Part shown: positions 1-9,306 of the stretch, piece after piece
Layout of the letters: every line of letters begins with the position of its first letter
How positions within the stretch are numbered: the first letter of the stretch is position 1
Origin: Candidatus Azotimanducaceae bacterium
Lineage (GTDB): Bacteria > Pseudomonadota > Gammaproteobacteria > Pseudomonadales > Azotimanducaceae
Direction: 5' to 3'
Assembly (NCBI GenBank): GCA_965233675.1
Contig: OZ247498.1
Span: 2,205,824 to 2,269,823, forward strand
DNA: 64,000 nt
The notes under the pieces: model-generated
Seen by the model: the letters and a program-made list of their open reading frames with translations, nothing else
Told to the model about the DNA's origin: nothing
Database searches by the model: none
Position numbers and translations under genes: made by a program

Positions 1-1
1 C

Positions 2-514
2 CATCGCTTCGTGTTTGCATCGCGCCTCATTCATCGGCTGAAGGAATATCCGGAAGACCAGTGGACGACTGAGGGCACGGCGAACGTGCTCTATTTTCTG
101 TTCCCGAATATCCAGTTCAATGTGAGTCGGGAAAGCATCCTGGTGATCAGGATCTATCCGATCAAAGGCAACCCGGGACGATCGCTGACCCGGATCGGCT
201 ACTACAACAGTCCGGAAGCCGTCCTGAAGATGCAGGAGGCAGAAGCCAGCGGCGCGGCCATGGTCACCTCGGAAACCGTCTACGAGTTGGACAGCCGGAC
301 CGAGTCAGCACCAGGCACCGTGGAGTCGACCCAGGAAATCTTCGACAGCACCATCGAGCAGGAAGATTATGCGATGGGTGAGACCACCCAGAAGGCGGCG
401 GAAAACGGCCTGCTCACACACCTGATCTTCGGCCGCAACGAACCGGCCCTGCACCACTACCACAACACTTTCCGGGAAGCGCTGAATCTGCCGCCACTGG
501 AAAAAGTGGACTGA
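2..514 (+). CDS. Rieske-type ring-hydroxylating oxygenase alpha subunit, C-terminal catalytic-domain fragment (5' end lies outside the window)
   Basis: The frame is open from base 2, with no stop before the GTG at 11 used by the ORF track. The tail (NVLYFLFPNIQFNVSRESILVIRIYPI...HHYHNTFREAL) resembles the C-terminal domain of Rieske non-haem iron oxygenase alpha subunits. Recall only. Confidence 0.5.
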   Translation, partial: HRFVFASRLIHRLKEYPEDQWTTEGTANVLYFLFPNIQFNVSRESILVIRIYPIKGNPGRSLTRIGYYNSPEAVLKMQEAEASGAAMVTSETVYELDSRTESAPGTVESTQEIFDSTIEQEDYAMGETTQKAAENGLLTHLIFGRNEPALHHYHNTFREALNLPPLEKVD

Positions 515-595
515 GCAGGCGCGCAGTTTGCGGACCGGCTGCGTAAATCCGGGTAAACTCGATCCCCTTTTCCAGGGACCAAGAGAGAGATTGCC

Positions 596-1411
596 ATGGC
601 CGTCACACCTTCCAGCACCGATGAACTGCTCGTTGAACAGCACGACCGGGTCTGCGTCATCACCTTGAACCGGCCCGAACGGCTGAACGCCATCAGCCGT
701 CCCATGCTCAGCGAACTGTCCGCCAAAGTGGTGGAGGCCAACAAAGACACAGACACGCGCTGCATCGTCCTCACCGGCGCCGGTCGGGGCTTCTGCTCGG
801 GTCTCGACCTGATCGACACCAGCGACAATCTGGGCGAACGCCAGGGTAAGGGCCAGAACCGGCCCCGCCAGTTGTTCGATCTGCGCGACGCGCCCATCAA
901 TGTGATGTGGAGCGTGGATACCCCCATCATCTGCGCCATCAACGGTGCCGCAGCCGGCTACGGCATGGATATGACCCTGCTGTGCGATATGCGTATCGCC
1001 TCCGAGAACGCCAAGATGGCCGCGGTAACCGCCAAGCGGAATGTGGTGCCGGAATCCGGCGGTACCTGGCTGCTGCCCCGCCTGATCGGCTGGGCGAAGA
1101 CCGCGGAACTCTACTACCGGGCCAGGACCCTGAACGCAGAGGAAGCCCTTGAAATGGGGTTGGTCAATACCGTGGTGCCCGCCGATCAGCTGATGGACAC
1201 CGCCATGCAATGGGCCCAGGAAGTGGCGGACAACGCGCCGATGGCCGTGCAGACCACCAAGCGGATGATGCGTATGGGCCTGGAAGAGTCCTACGACACC
1301 GCCGTGGACCACCTGATGGTGCATTTGAACGGCATGTTCCAGAGCGAGGACTTCGAGGAAGGCCTCAAAGCATTCATGGAGAAGCGCAAACCGGACTTTA
1401 CCGGCCGATAG
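596..1411 (+). CDS. enoyl-CoA hydratase/isomerase (crotonase family)
   Basis: 271 aa. Crotonase hallmarks: VITLNRPERLNA, GAGRGFCSGLDL and a C-terminal FMEKRKP. GAGAGAG run upstream of ATG 596. Confidence 0.9.
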   Translation: MAVTPSSTDELLVEQHDRVCVITLNRPERLNAISRPMLSELSAKVVEANKDTDTRCIVLTGAGRGFCSGLDLIDTSDNLGERQGKGQNRPRQLFDLRDAPINVMWSVDTPIICAINGAAAGYGMDMTLLCDMRIASENAKMAAVTAKRNVVPESGGTWLLPRLIGWAKTAELYYRARTLNAEEALEMGLVNTVVPADQLMDTAMQWAQEVADNAPMAVQTTKRMMRMGLEESYDTAVDHLMVHLNGMFQSEDFEEGLKAFMEKRKPDFTGR

Positions 1412-1456
1412 TCGCCGTGGTGCCGGACAGGGAAATGGACAGGGGAAATCGAAACT

Positions 1457-1480
1457 GACGAGCGACCGGCGTCGCTCGTC
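1457..1480. terminator. perfect 10-bp stem hairpin between convergent genes
   Basis: GACGAGCGAC-cggc-GTCGCTCGTC. It overlaps the stop codon of the 1479..2549 gene. There is no U tract, so intrinsic-terminator function is uncertain. Confidence 0.4.
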
Positions 1481-2549
1481 AACGGAGAAATTCCTCCGCA
1501 CCGAGATCCAGCGCATGCCGGCTGTGGCGTCTGGCCATCACGGTGAACATCTCGTCACCCCGCTCGGTCTGTTGCACGATCATGGAGGCGATGACCGTGA
1601 CGCCGAAGCCGCAGAACGATCCTTTCCGGTAGCCATCCCGGCACGCATCCCAATCGAATTCCACGCCGGCAGCAGTCAGTGCGCTGTGGTAATCGCGCAG
1701 AATCTCCCCTTCCGCTTCCCGGCGGACCTCCGGCTGGAGACCGGCCCCGAGGAAATAGGCCACATCATTCATGGGCGATCCAAGTTTCAGACTCTGCCAG
1801 TCCACTACGGTGATTTTCGGTGGCGACTGCCGCCCGTCGATCAGCATGTTGTCCAGACGGTAGTCCACGTGTTCCAGACAGAACGGCGTACCCAGGGGCG
1901 CGAACAGCGGGCACTCCGGTGACTCCCCGACCCGCGCGATGATGGCCCGTTCGTCCGCTTCGAGCCGATCGCCAAAGCGATCCAGAAAACCGGGCACCAG
2001 TTGCTTATAGAGCAGGTGGGTCGCCGCCTCGCCCTCCTGTGCGGTATACAGCCAGTCATAGTCTTTCAGTGACTCATCACACCAGCTCGGGGCCTGCAAG
2101 CCAACCAGTTCCAGGACCGCAGCCCGGGCCACATCCGCGCTGCAGCCGGCCAGCTGATCGCCCTGTTCTGCCGGCGCCATGTCTTCAAGAAGCAGAACGA
2201 ATTCCGGGCCTTCGCCTTCAATGGCTTCGAAGTAGCTGGCAGGAATGGAAATCGACAGCCGCGGGGCCAGATGCCGGTAGAACTGCACCTCCCGGAAATA
2301 GTTTCTCAACTGCACCCCGGTGGCCCGGCTGACCGGATCGTCCGATGGGAACTTGCCCACGAAGCTTCGGGGGGCGTCAGCATCCCTGTTCGTGAACGCC
2401 AGATCGAAACGGAAGCAGGTGCCGATCTGACCTGTGCCGATCTGCTGCCGGTTCACCCGGCTGACCGCCGCGTCTGAAAATCCGTTCTCCGCCAGGCGTT
2501 CGGTAAACCACGCCGGATCCATCTCCTCCGGCTGTACTACCGTGCTCAT
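1479..2549 (-). CDS. phosphotransferase-family protein (APH/EcKL/choline-kinase fold)
   Basis: 356 aa. Kinase catalytic loop HVDYRLDNMLI and metal-binding VVDWQ motif. Confidence 0.8.
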   Translation of the reverse strand: MSTVVQPEEMDPAWFTERLAENGFSDAAVSRVNRQQIGTGQIGTCFRFDLAFTNRDADAPRSFVGKFPSDDPVSRATGVQLRNYFREVQFYRHLAPRLSISIPASYFEAIEGEGPEFVLLLEDMAPAEQGDQLAGCSADVARAAVLELVGLQAPSWCDESLKDYDWLYTAQEGEAATHLLYKQLVPGFLDRFGDRLEADERAIIARVGESPECPLFAPLGTPFCLEHVDYRLDNMLIDGRQSPPKITVVDWQSLKLGSPMNDVAYFLGAGLQPEVRREAEGEILRDYHSALTAAGVEFDWDACRDGYRKGSFCGFGVTVIASMIVQQTERGDEMFTVMARRHSRHALDLGAEEFLR

Positions 2550-2603
2550 TCATCCCCTCCCCGTCCGGAATCCACGTCCGCTCAACCCAGTCGATCCCAT
2601 ATC

Positions 2604-2645
2604 GTGACTTGTCACTGCCCCGTTTGTAAAATGACGCCCTGTCAT
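2604..2645. promoter_or_regulatory. two operator-like palindromes in the divergent kinase/TetR intergenic region
   Basis: GTGACttGTCAC (2604-2615) and ATGACgccctGTCAT (2631-2645) share a TGAC/GTCA core and lie 9-50 bp upstream of the TetR start. Confidence 0.35.
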
Positions 2646-2653
2646 CTCAGCCA

Positions 2654-3319
2654 TTGCCCATGTCCACACCCAGCCGAATCCGTACCCGACGCGCCGTTTC
2701 AGCGGAAGACAAATCCGCCCGCCGGTCCGCCATATTGGGTGCTGCTGACGCCCATTTCCGGGAAGTGGGCTTCGAAAAATTTTCGATGGAAGTGCTCTCC
2801 AGGCAATTGAACGTGGCCCGTGGCACCCTCTATCGCTACTTCACCACCCGGGAAGAGCTGCTGTTGACGCTCTATCAGCGCCACCAGCAGCAGTTTGTGG
2901 ATCAGATCATCGAAGCGACGGGGAGCGGCATCGGCGATACCGACTTTCTGCGCGCCTGGTATCGGCTGTCCCTCGCTGACCCGATCCTGATCCCCTTGCG
3001 CACGCGGCTGACCAGCGTCATAGAACACAACGTATCACCGGCAGTGCTCACGGCGACAAAACTGGCGATGACCGAGGATTTCGAACGTCTCGCCCGGCAC
3101 CTGACCGGGGTACTGACGCTGCCGAAACCGCAGACAGAGCAGCTCATTGTCGCCCTGCTGGCCCTGCTGCTCGGCGCCGCACAGGCCGACGCGTCCCCGA
3201 GTATGGATTTTTCCGCCTTTCCCGCGGAAGCTCAGCGGATCATGAACTGCTTTGCCGGTGAAACCGTCTTCCTGAACAACGGACAACTGATTCTCGGCGG
3301 ACTGCGCCGGCCTGACTGA
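2654..3319 (+). CDS. TetR/AcrR-family transcriptional regulator
   Basis: 221 aa. N-terminal HTH signature FREVGFEKFSMEVLSRQLNVARGTLYRYFTTREELL. Confidence 0.9.
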   Translation: MPMSTPSRIRTRRAVSAEDKSARRSAILGAADAHFREVGFEKFSMEVLSRQLNVARGTLYRYFTTREELLLTLYQRHQQQFVDQIIEATGSGIGDTDFLRAWYRLSLADPILIPLRTRLTSVIEHNVSPAVLTATKLAMTEDFERLARHLTGVLTLPKPQTEQLIVALLALLLGAAQADASPSMDFSAFPAEAQRIMNCFAGETVFLNNGQLILGGLRRPD

Positions 3320-3337
3320 CGGGGCCGGGCCGAAACC

Positions 3338-4480
3338 TCATGGGGCTCCGTCCGCCACGCCGGTAAATCCTGCCGGCGCGTAAGGCCCGACAACAATCTG
3401 TTCCAGCACGCCAATGCCCGTTCGCTCGCCGTCCGAGGCTTTCACAACCTGCTGCACGTGGATGTTTTCCGGTGCCAGCAGATCGAGCGCCTCCGGATCG
3501 AAAGATTCGTGGCCGATTTCAAGCTCACCCTGCCAGACGCCCTGTCGCCAGACCGGGTGGCCATAGCCGAGGCCCTTGAATTGAAACCGGAGAGTGGGTT
3601 CGAGACAGATAGTGCGCTTCGAGCCGTCCAGTTCGATCAGATCGATTTCCGCATAGCGGGCCAGGCGGGTACCCCGATGGTATTCAACCCTGTGAATGGC
3701 TCCCGCCTTGCGGTCGACCAGCCCATCTTCCACACCGGGAACGGCCTCTTCATCCGCATACAGCGGGGCGGTCAGGCCTTCGCGAACCAGGGCCTCTCCC
3801 CGGGTGCCATCGAAGAAGATCGCATGGGAAATGTGATCGTCCCAGAACAGAGGGGCCCAGAGAAAAAACGCACCGCCGAATGGATGCGGCGCACCGTCCG
3901 TGACCGGCTCGCCGACCCCGCGCACGCCCCATGAACGATCCTTGGTCGCGTGGCAGAGATCCGGATCCACGGCAATTTCTCCCTCCGGAGTCTGAATGCT
4001 GCCCGTCCAGCGGCCGAACTGATCGAAGCGGGTGGCGTCCATGGCCCGTCGGGTCCCGCTCCAGAGAATCTGCCGGCCTTCCTGAATCGCTGCCGTTCGG
4101 GCACTGAAGGTGAGATCACAGGCGAGCCCGCTTTCGTTCTCTTCCAGGATGATCCGACTGCGGCGCATGGGTTCCTGCACTTCGATCCGCAATGGCCCCA
4201 CACTCATGTCCGTGCGCTCTTCCGGCGCCCGCCGGGAGCCGTAGAAGCAGTGCTGCAGGCCGCCAGGGCGCACCACGCTGAATGCCGCATCCTGCACGTG
4301 CCGGTGTGGATAGATGGCCATACCGAGACCGAAGTAGTAACTCGAATCCGCCGCATAGCCGTTGAACCAGGTCCGGTCGTAGACATTCCGGTCACTGGTC
4401 GCTGAGTGCACCAGCGGTTCCGGCGTCTGGTGAACGGGAAAGTCATCCAGTTTATTCAGCATCTCGTTTGCTCCTCCCAC
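3338..4480 (-). CDS. conserved hypothetical protein (family not recognised)
   Basis: 380 aa with no plausible competing gene. N-terminus reads LDDFPVHQTPEPLVHSATSDRNVYDRTWFNGY. No catalytic motif that I can name. Confidence 0.6.
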   Translation of the reverse strand: MGGANEMLNKLDDFPVHQTPEPLVHSATSDRNVYDRTWFNGYAADSSYYFGLGMAIYPHRHVQDAAFSVVRPGGLQHCFYGSRRAPEERTDMSVGPLRIEVQEPMRRSRIILEENESGLACDLTFSARTAAIQEGRQILWSGTRRAMDATRFDQFGRWTGSIQTPEGEIAVDPDLCHATKDRSWGVRGVGEPVTDGAPHPFGGAFFLWAPLFWDDHISHAIFFDGTRGEALVREGLTAPLYADEEAVPGVEDGLVDRKAGAIHRVEYHRGTRLARYAEIDLIELDGSKRTICLEPTLRFQFKGLGYGHPVWRQGVWQGELEIGHESFDPEALDLLAPENIHVQQVVKASDGERTGIGVLEQIVVGPYAPAGFTGVADGAP

Positions 4481-4498
4481 AAATCCGGCAACGGTAGT

Positions 4499-5386
4499 CT
4501 ATCCGTTCAGGCCGATGAATTTTCGGGTACGCGCCAGCACATCCGCCGCATAAGGTGCTTCCATATGCAGGTGATGCGGCCCGGCGAGCCGTTCCAGCGT
4601 CAACCTCGGGTGCCGGGCCTGGGCATTCGTGAGCTCATCCGCGAACCACCGGTCACCGCCTTCGGCCACCATGAGCAGTGTGGGCACTTCGCAGGCCGCC
4701 AGCAGAAGGTCGATCTGGTCGCGTGTCGGGCGAAGCGGCGTGGCGCTACGGATGCGAGGATCGGTGCGCCAGGTGACACCACCCTCGACGGCTTTGTGAC
4801 CGCGCTCCACCAGTAACCGGGCGGATTCCGCACTCTGCCCGGTGGCTTCACAGACTCTGGCAGCCATGGCGGCCGTATCCGGAAAGACTTTCGGTTGACG
4901 ATGGTCCTGCCGCAAGGCTTCGCGAATCGCCTCCCGATTCCTCTCCAGACGCTCGGTATCGGTGGTGCCGCCTGTGGCCATCAACCCATCGATCATCACC
5001 AGTGTCCGTACCCGTTCCGGGAACAGGCCGGTCAGCTCTACCGAAATTTCCGCGCCCATGGAGTGACCGATCAGGTTGAAGGACGCCCAGCCGAGGGCGT
5101 CTGCGACCGCCAGCAGATCGAGCACGTCGTAGTAATTGAGATAGTGCATGCCAGCTGGCCGATGGTCGGAATGGCCGTGCCCACAAAGATCCACGGCCAC
5201 CAGATTGAGCTCCGGCAATCCGGGTGCCAGCACATCGAACGAACTGGCATTGTCGAGCCAGCCATGTACACAGAGCGTCGGCACGCCCTCCGGATTGCCC
5301 CACTGCTTCGCCGTGATCTGTCGATCAAAAATCTCGAACGAAATTTCCTCGCCAAGGCGCACGGCCTCGGGTACTGCTTCTGCCAT
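4499..5386 (-). CDS. alpha/beta-fold hydrolase
   Basis: 295 aa. Oxyanion HGWLDN and nucleophile elbow GHSMGA. Confidence 0.85.
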   Translation of the reverse strand: MAEAVPEAVRLGEEISFEIFDRQITAKQWGNPEGVPTLCVHGWLDNASSFDVLAPGLPELNLVAVDLCGHGHSDHRPAGMHYLNYYDVLDLLAVADALGWASFNLIGHSMGAEISVELTGLFPERVRTLVMIDGLMATGGTTDTERLERNREAIREALRQDHRQPKVFPDTAAMAARVCEATGQSAESARLLVERGHKAVEGGVTWRTDPRIRSATPLRPTRDQIDLLLAACEVPTLLMVAEGGDRWFADELTNAQARHPRLTLERLAGPHHLHMEAPYAADVLARTRKFIGLNG

Positions 5387-5542
5387 TGTTATTCCTGATA
5401 AGTGTTCTGAAAAAGGCGGTTCGACTGAACCCGGAATATCCGGCGGACTGATGCCGCCTCCGGTAATTTGAATCCAGATTCAGTATATCCTAACCTGACT
5501 GATTCCATTTTACCTGCGAGTTGCAAAAGGGGCACGAGAGAG

Positions 5543-6445
5543 ATGAGCGAATTCAAAGACAAAGTTGTTGTGATCACCGGAGCCGGTGGCGGTCTCGGCA
5601 AGGCCCATGCTCTGGAGTTCGCCAGACGCGGTGCCAGGGTGGTGGTGAACGATCTCGGTGGTTCCGGCGACGGCACCGGCGCTTCCGACATGGCTGATCA
5701 GGTCGTGGAGGAGATCAAGGCCGAAGGCGGTGTGGCCATCGCCAACAAGGCCAGCGTTTCCGACAAGGCCGGCGCGAAGTCCATCATCGACGACGCCGTT
5801 GCCGAGTTCGGCACCATCGATATTCTGGTGAACAACGCGGGCATCCTCCGGGACAAGAGCTTCAAGAAACTGGAGCTTGCCGACTGGGATATTGTGATGG
5901 ACGTGCACCTGAATGGCACCGCCTATGTCACCCACGCTGCCTGGCCGATCATGTACGAGAAGAACTATGGCCGGATCGTGATGACCTCCTCCACTTCCGG
6001 CGTTTACGGCAATTTCGGTCAGGCCAACTACGGTGCCGCGAAGATGGGCATGCTCGGTCTGATGAACGTGCTCTCGAAAGAAGGTGCTGCGAAGAACGTC
6101 CGCGTGAACTGTCTTGCACCGGCGGCGGAAACCCGGCTCATCGGCACCATTCCGGGCCGGAAAGTGGACCCGGACAATCCGGATCCGGCCCGGCATCCGC
6201 GCCTTGTCACCCCGGCCGTGTTGCTCATGTGCTCTGAAGATGCACCGAACGGTGTCACGATCCAGGCGGGCAATGGCCGTTTCTCCTGCGCGGCGGTTTT
6301 CAACAACGAAGACCTCGAGCTTGGTGCGGAAGTGACTTACGAGGACCTGCTGGATCGTAAAGACGAACTGCTGGACATGAGCGCGGCCACCGAGGGCTGG
6401 AGCTGGATGAAGAAGATGATGGCCGAGCGCCAGAACAAGTCCTGA
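5543..6445 (+). CDS. short-chain dehydrogenase/reductase (multifunctional-enzyme-2-like dehydrogenase domain)
   Basis: Start moved to ATG 5543 (MSEFKDKVVVITGAGGGLGKAHA), preceded by GAGAGAG. Has the TGxxxGxG Rossmann motif and YxxxK (ANYGAAK). Confidence 0.9.
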   Translation: MSEFKDKVVVITGAGGGLGKAHALEFARRGARVVVNDLGGSGDGTGASDMADQVVEEIKAEGGVAIANKASVSDKAGAKSIIDDAVAEFGTIDILVNNAGILRDKSFKKLELADWDIVMDVHLNGTAYVTHAAWPIMYEKNYGRIVMTSSTSGVYGNFGQANYGAAKMGMLGLMNVLSKEGAAKNVRVNCLAPAAETRLIGTIPGRKVDPDNPDPARHPRLVTPAVLLMCSEDAPNGVTIQAGNGRFSCAAVFNNEDLELGAEVTYEDLLDRKDELLDMSAATEGWSWMKKMMAERQNKS

Positions 6446-6459
6446 GTGGGGGCGACCGC

Positions 6460-7716
6460 ATGACTCTGCTGACCAGCTCACCGGAGCTCGACAACGCACT
6501 GGTCGACGCAGCCAACTGGGCAGATGAAGACGCCATCCACGCTCAGTTCACCTGGCTGCGTCAGAACGATCCCCTCCGTTTTCTGGAACCGGAGGGCTTC
6601 GATCCATTCTGGAACGTCACCAGGTATGACGACATCAAGGAGATCGAAGGTAACAAGCAGATCTTCATCAATGACCCCAGGCCCACCCTTGGTCCGAAAG
6701 GCATGACCGAGCTGATTCAGCAGATGACGGGCCGCAAGCATCTGGTCCGCTCCCTGGTGCAGATGGACGATCCCGATCACTCCAGGTATCGGATGCTGAC
6801 TCAATCCTGGTTCATGGGTGCCAATCTGCGCAAGCTGCAGGGGGATGTGGATGCCCTGGCGAAGATGTACGTGGACCGACTCGCCGACTTCGACGGTGAG
6901 TGCGACTTTGTGAAAGACGTCGCCATCTGGTATCCGCTGCGGGTCATCATGAGCATTCTCGGCGTACCCGAGGAAGACGAAGCACTGATGCTGAAGCTCA
7001 CCCAGGAGCTGTTCGGCAGCACCGACCCGGACGTGCAACGCTCTTTTGAACCCCAGGATTTTCTCGGCGTGGTGGAGGACTTCGAAGCCTACTTCGCCGA
7101 ACTCACCCGCTCACGACGGGCAAATCCAACCGACGATGTGGCCAGTGTGATCGCCAATGCAGTCTTCGATGGCCAGCCCATGCCGGAACATGATGCCAAC
7201 GGCTACTACATGATCGTTGCCACTGCCGGGCACGACACCACCAGCGCCTCCGCCGCCGGTGGCCTGCTGGCCCTGATGCAGAATCCGGATCAGATGGCAA
7301 AGCTGCGGGCAGACCCGGCCGGCCTGATGCCACAGGCCATCGACGAAATGATCCGCTGGGTGAGCCCGGTGCGGCACTTCATGCGAACGGCCACCGAAGA
7401 TTACGAGATTCGAGGAAAAACCATTCGAGAAGGTGAGTCGGCCATCCTCTGGTATCCATCGGCGAATCGGGACGAAGCGGTGTTCGATGCGCCCTTCGAA
7501 TTCCGGGTCGACCGCTCGGGCGCCAAGCAACTCGCCTTCGGTTTCGGCGCCCATGTCTGTCTGGGCCAGCATCTGGCGCGAATGGAAATCAGCGCACTGT
7601 TCAGAGAACTGCTGAATCGGGTCGAGCACTTCGAACTCGCTGGCGAGCCGAAATACACCCAGGCAACTTTCGTCGGCGGGCTGAAGTCACTGCCCATCCG
7701 GTACAGACTGAAATGA
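6460..7716 (+). CDS. cytochrome P450
   Basis: 418 aa. Haem-binding loop FGFGAHVCLGQHLA, I-helix ATAGHDTTS and an ExxR motif. Confidence 0.95.
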   Translation: MTLLTSSPELDNALVDAANWADEDAIHAQFTWLRQNDPLRFLEPEGFDPFWNVTRYDDIKEIEGNKQIFINDPRPTLGPKGMTELIQQMTGRKHLVRSLVQMDDPDHSRYRMLTQSWFMGANLRKLQGDVDALAKMYVDRLADFDGECDFVKDVAIWYPLRVIMSILGVPEEDEALMLKLTQELFGSTDPDVQRSFEPQDFLGVVEDFEAYFAELTRSRRANPTDDVASVIANAVFDGQPMPEHDANGYYMIVATAGHDTTSASAAGGLLALMQNPDQMAKLRADPAGLMPQAIDEMIRWVSPVRHFMRTATEDYEIRGKTIREGESAILWYPSANRDEAVFDAPFEFRVDRSGAKQLAFGFGAHVCLGQHLARMEISALFRELLNRVEHFELAGEPKYTQATFVGGLKSLPIRYRLK

Positions 7717-8694
7717 CCCCGCGCCTTCCGCCAGATAGACCTCGAGCAGCTTCTGCGCCATGGGGTTTTCCAGCCCGGGAGCCAGATCAGTCACCGATTC
7801 GTCGACCCGCTGCATGCGCAGTATGTCCGTGCGCCGAAAACCCGGCAGCCAGCCGCAGAACCTGAAGCCCGACGCTTGCGCCGAACGCACACCCGCGCCG
7901 ACGGCCGGGTCACCGAGGCTGAAGTCGATCTGCAGACAAGGCGATTCACTGGCATCCAGGGCCTCGAGCGCCGGACCGAACGAATCACCCACGGCTTCCA
8001 CTGCCAGACGGGTGAGGCCCCGTTTGTGAAACTGTCGGCTCTGAACATCGCCTTCGCCTCCGGCCGCCGCCGTCGAGGTTGACCAGCGACGAGGCAGCCC
8101 GGTAGGCGCAATCAACTCGGCGAGCAACCCCTCATACGCCACCGGCAGATAGCCTTCGAATGGCGCGCCGGGGGTATAGGGCTCGTAGACGATGGTGGCC
8201 GCTTTTCGCCTGGAACTGCCCCTGGAATTACCCCTGGAACTGCCCCTGTCCCCCACCCTGCCGTGGGTTTCCGACGGGACGTAGCCGAGCATCAGCCCCG
8301 TCTCGAATCCCGCTTTCACCGACTGCCGCTGCATGATGTGGTGATCGGTAGTCGGATAGTGCACAAATCCCTGATAGGCCAGGTCCCGGCACCAGGCGGA
8401 CAATTCAGCGCCCACCTTCCAGGCGAGCCCTTTGCCCCGCGCAGCCGGATCCACCACGGTATTGCCGAGTTCCACCACGGCTGCGGCAGGCTGGACGGTC
8501 ATGGCCATATGTCCGAGCAGGTTGCCCGCTTCGTCGAACGCACCAACGCTGCCCAGCACACCCTCGCGCATGGCATCAGCCAGCGCCGCCGCGTCATAGA
8601 ACAGTCCGTTGGCATAGGTGTCGCCGTACACGCGCCTGAAACAGGCGGCGATGGCTTGTGCGTCGTCCGGGGTAAGGCGACGGATGCTTGTCAT
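7687..8694 (-). CDS. GNAT-family N-acetyltransferase (two-lobed)
   Basis: 335 aa. Acetyl-CoA loop VDPAARGKGLAWKVG. The 3' end overlaps the convergent P450 by 30 bp. Confidence 0.75.
   Translation of the reverse strand: MTSIRRLTPDDAQAIAACFRRVYGDTYANGLFYDAAALADAMREGVLGSVGAFDEAGNLLGHMAMTVQPAAAVVELGNTVVDPAARGKGLAWKVGAELSAWCRDLAYQGFVHYPTTDHHIMQRQSVKAGFETGLMLGYVPSETHGRVGDRGSSRGNSRGSSRRKAATIVYEPYTPGAPFEGYLPVAYEGLLAELIAPTGLPRRWSTSTAAAGGEGDVQSRQFHKRGLTRLAVEAVGDSFGPALEALDASESPCLQIDFSLGDPAVGAGVRSAQASGFRFCGWLPGFRRTDILRMQRVDESVTDLAPGLENPMAQKLLEVYLAEGAGSFQSVPDGQ
8209..8248. repeat. 12-bp tandem repeat x3.3 inside the GNAT gene
   Basis: cctggaactgcc / cctggaattacc / cctggaactgcc / cctg. It encodes RGSS-RGNS-RGSS-R in the inter-lobe linker. 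Confidence 0.9.
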
Positions 8695-8697
8695 TGT

Positions 8698-9306
8698 CTA
8701 GGTTGCGAAGGCTTTCGCGCAGGCGGGCCGCGCCATGAGCCGCGCCACATAGGCAGCCAGATCGGGCATATCGTCGCCGATCAGGCCCATCCGGTTACTC
8801 ATGATGCAGGCGTGACCGAGCATGATGTCTGCGGCGGAAATTTCCCCGGCCAGGTACTCCCTGCCTTCGAGCGCTTCATCCACGGGTTTGAGCGCCCGGA
8901 CCAGCAGCTTCTGTGCCTGGGCCAGCACTGTCTCGTCCCGGCGGTCCGGCGGCAGCAGCAGGGTCTGCACGACGATGGTGTTGATCGGCGGCATCACCAT
9001 CCCCTCACAATAGTGGAACCACTGCAGATAGGCCGGAAACTCGCTCGAATCCACCGCCGGTTTCAGTCTGCCCGGCGCATGGCGCGCCAGCACATACTCG
9101 ACGATGGCACCGGATTCGAAAATGCTCACATCATCATCGTCCAGTACGGGTACCCGACCCAGCGGGTGGCGGGCCCGATGGGCATCCGATTTGAGATCCT
9201 CCGGGTGAAAACGCATGGCGTTCAGCTCGTAGGGCAGCTCGAGTTCCTCGAGCAACCAGACGATACGGCCTGCACGGCTGTTGGGTGCGTGATGCAGCGT
9301 CAGCAT
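8698..9306 (-). CDS. glutathione S-transferase
   Basis: 202 aa. N-terminal thioredoxin-like GST motif (HPLGRVPVLDDDDVSIFESGAIVEY). Confidence 0.9.
   Translation of the reverse strand: MLTLHHAPNSRAGRIVWLLEELELPYELNAMRFHPEDLKSDAHRARHPLGRVPVLDDDDVSIFESGAIVEYVLARHAPGRLKPAVDSSEFPAYLQWFHYCEGMVMPPINTIVVQTLLLPPDRRDETVLAQAQKLLVRALKPVDEALEGREYLAGEISAADIMLGHACIMSNRMGLIGDDMPDLAAYVARLMARPACAKAFAT

Noticed and set aside
305-1516. 403-aa minus-strand ORF antisense to the crotonase gene.
   Set aside because: Arg/Gly/His/Pro-rich low-complexity translation with no motifs. It fully overlaps a gene with clear crotonase signatures, so it is a typical GC-rich shadow ORF.
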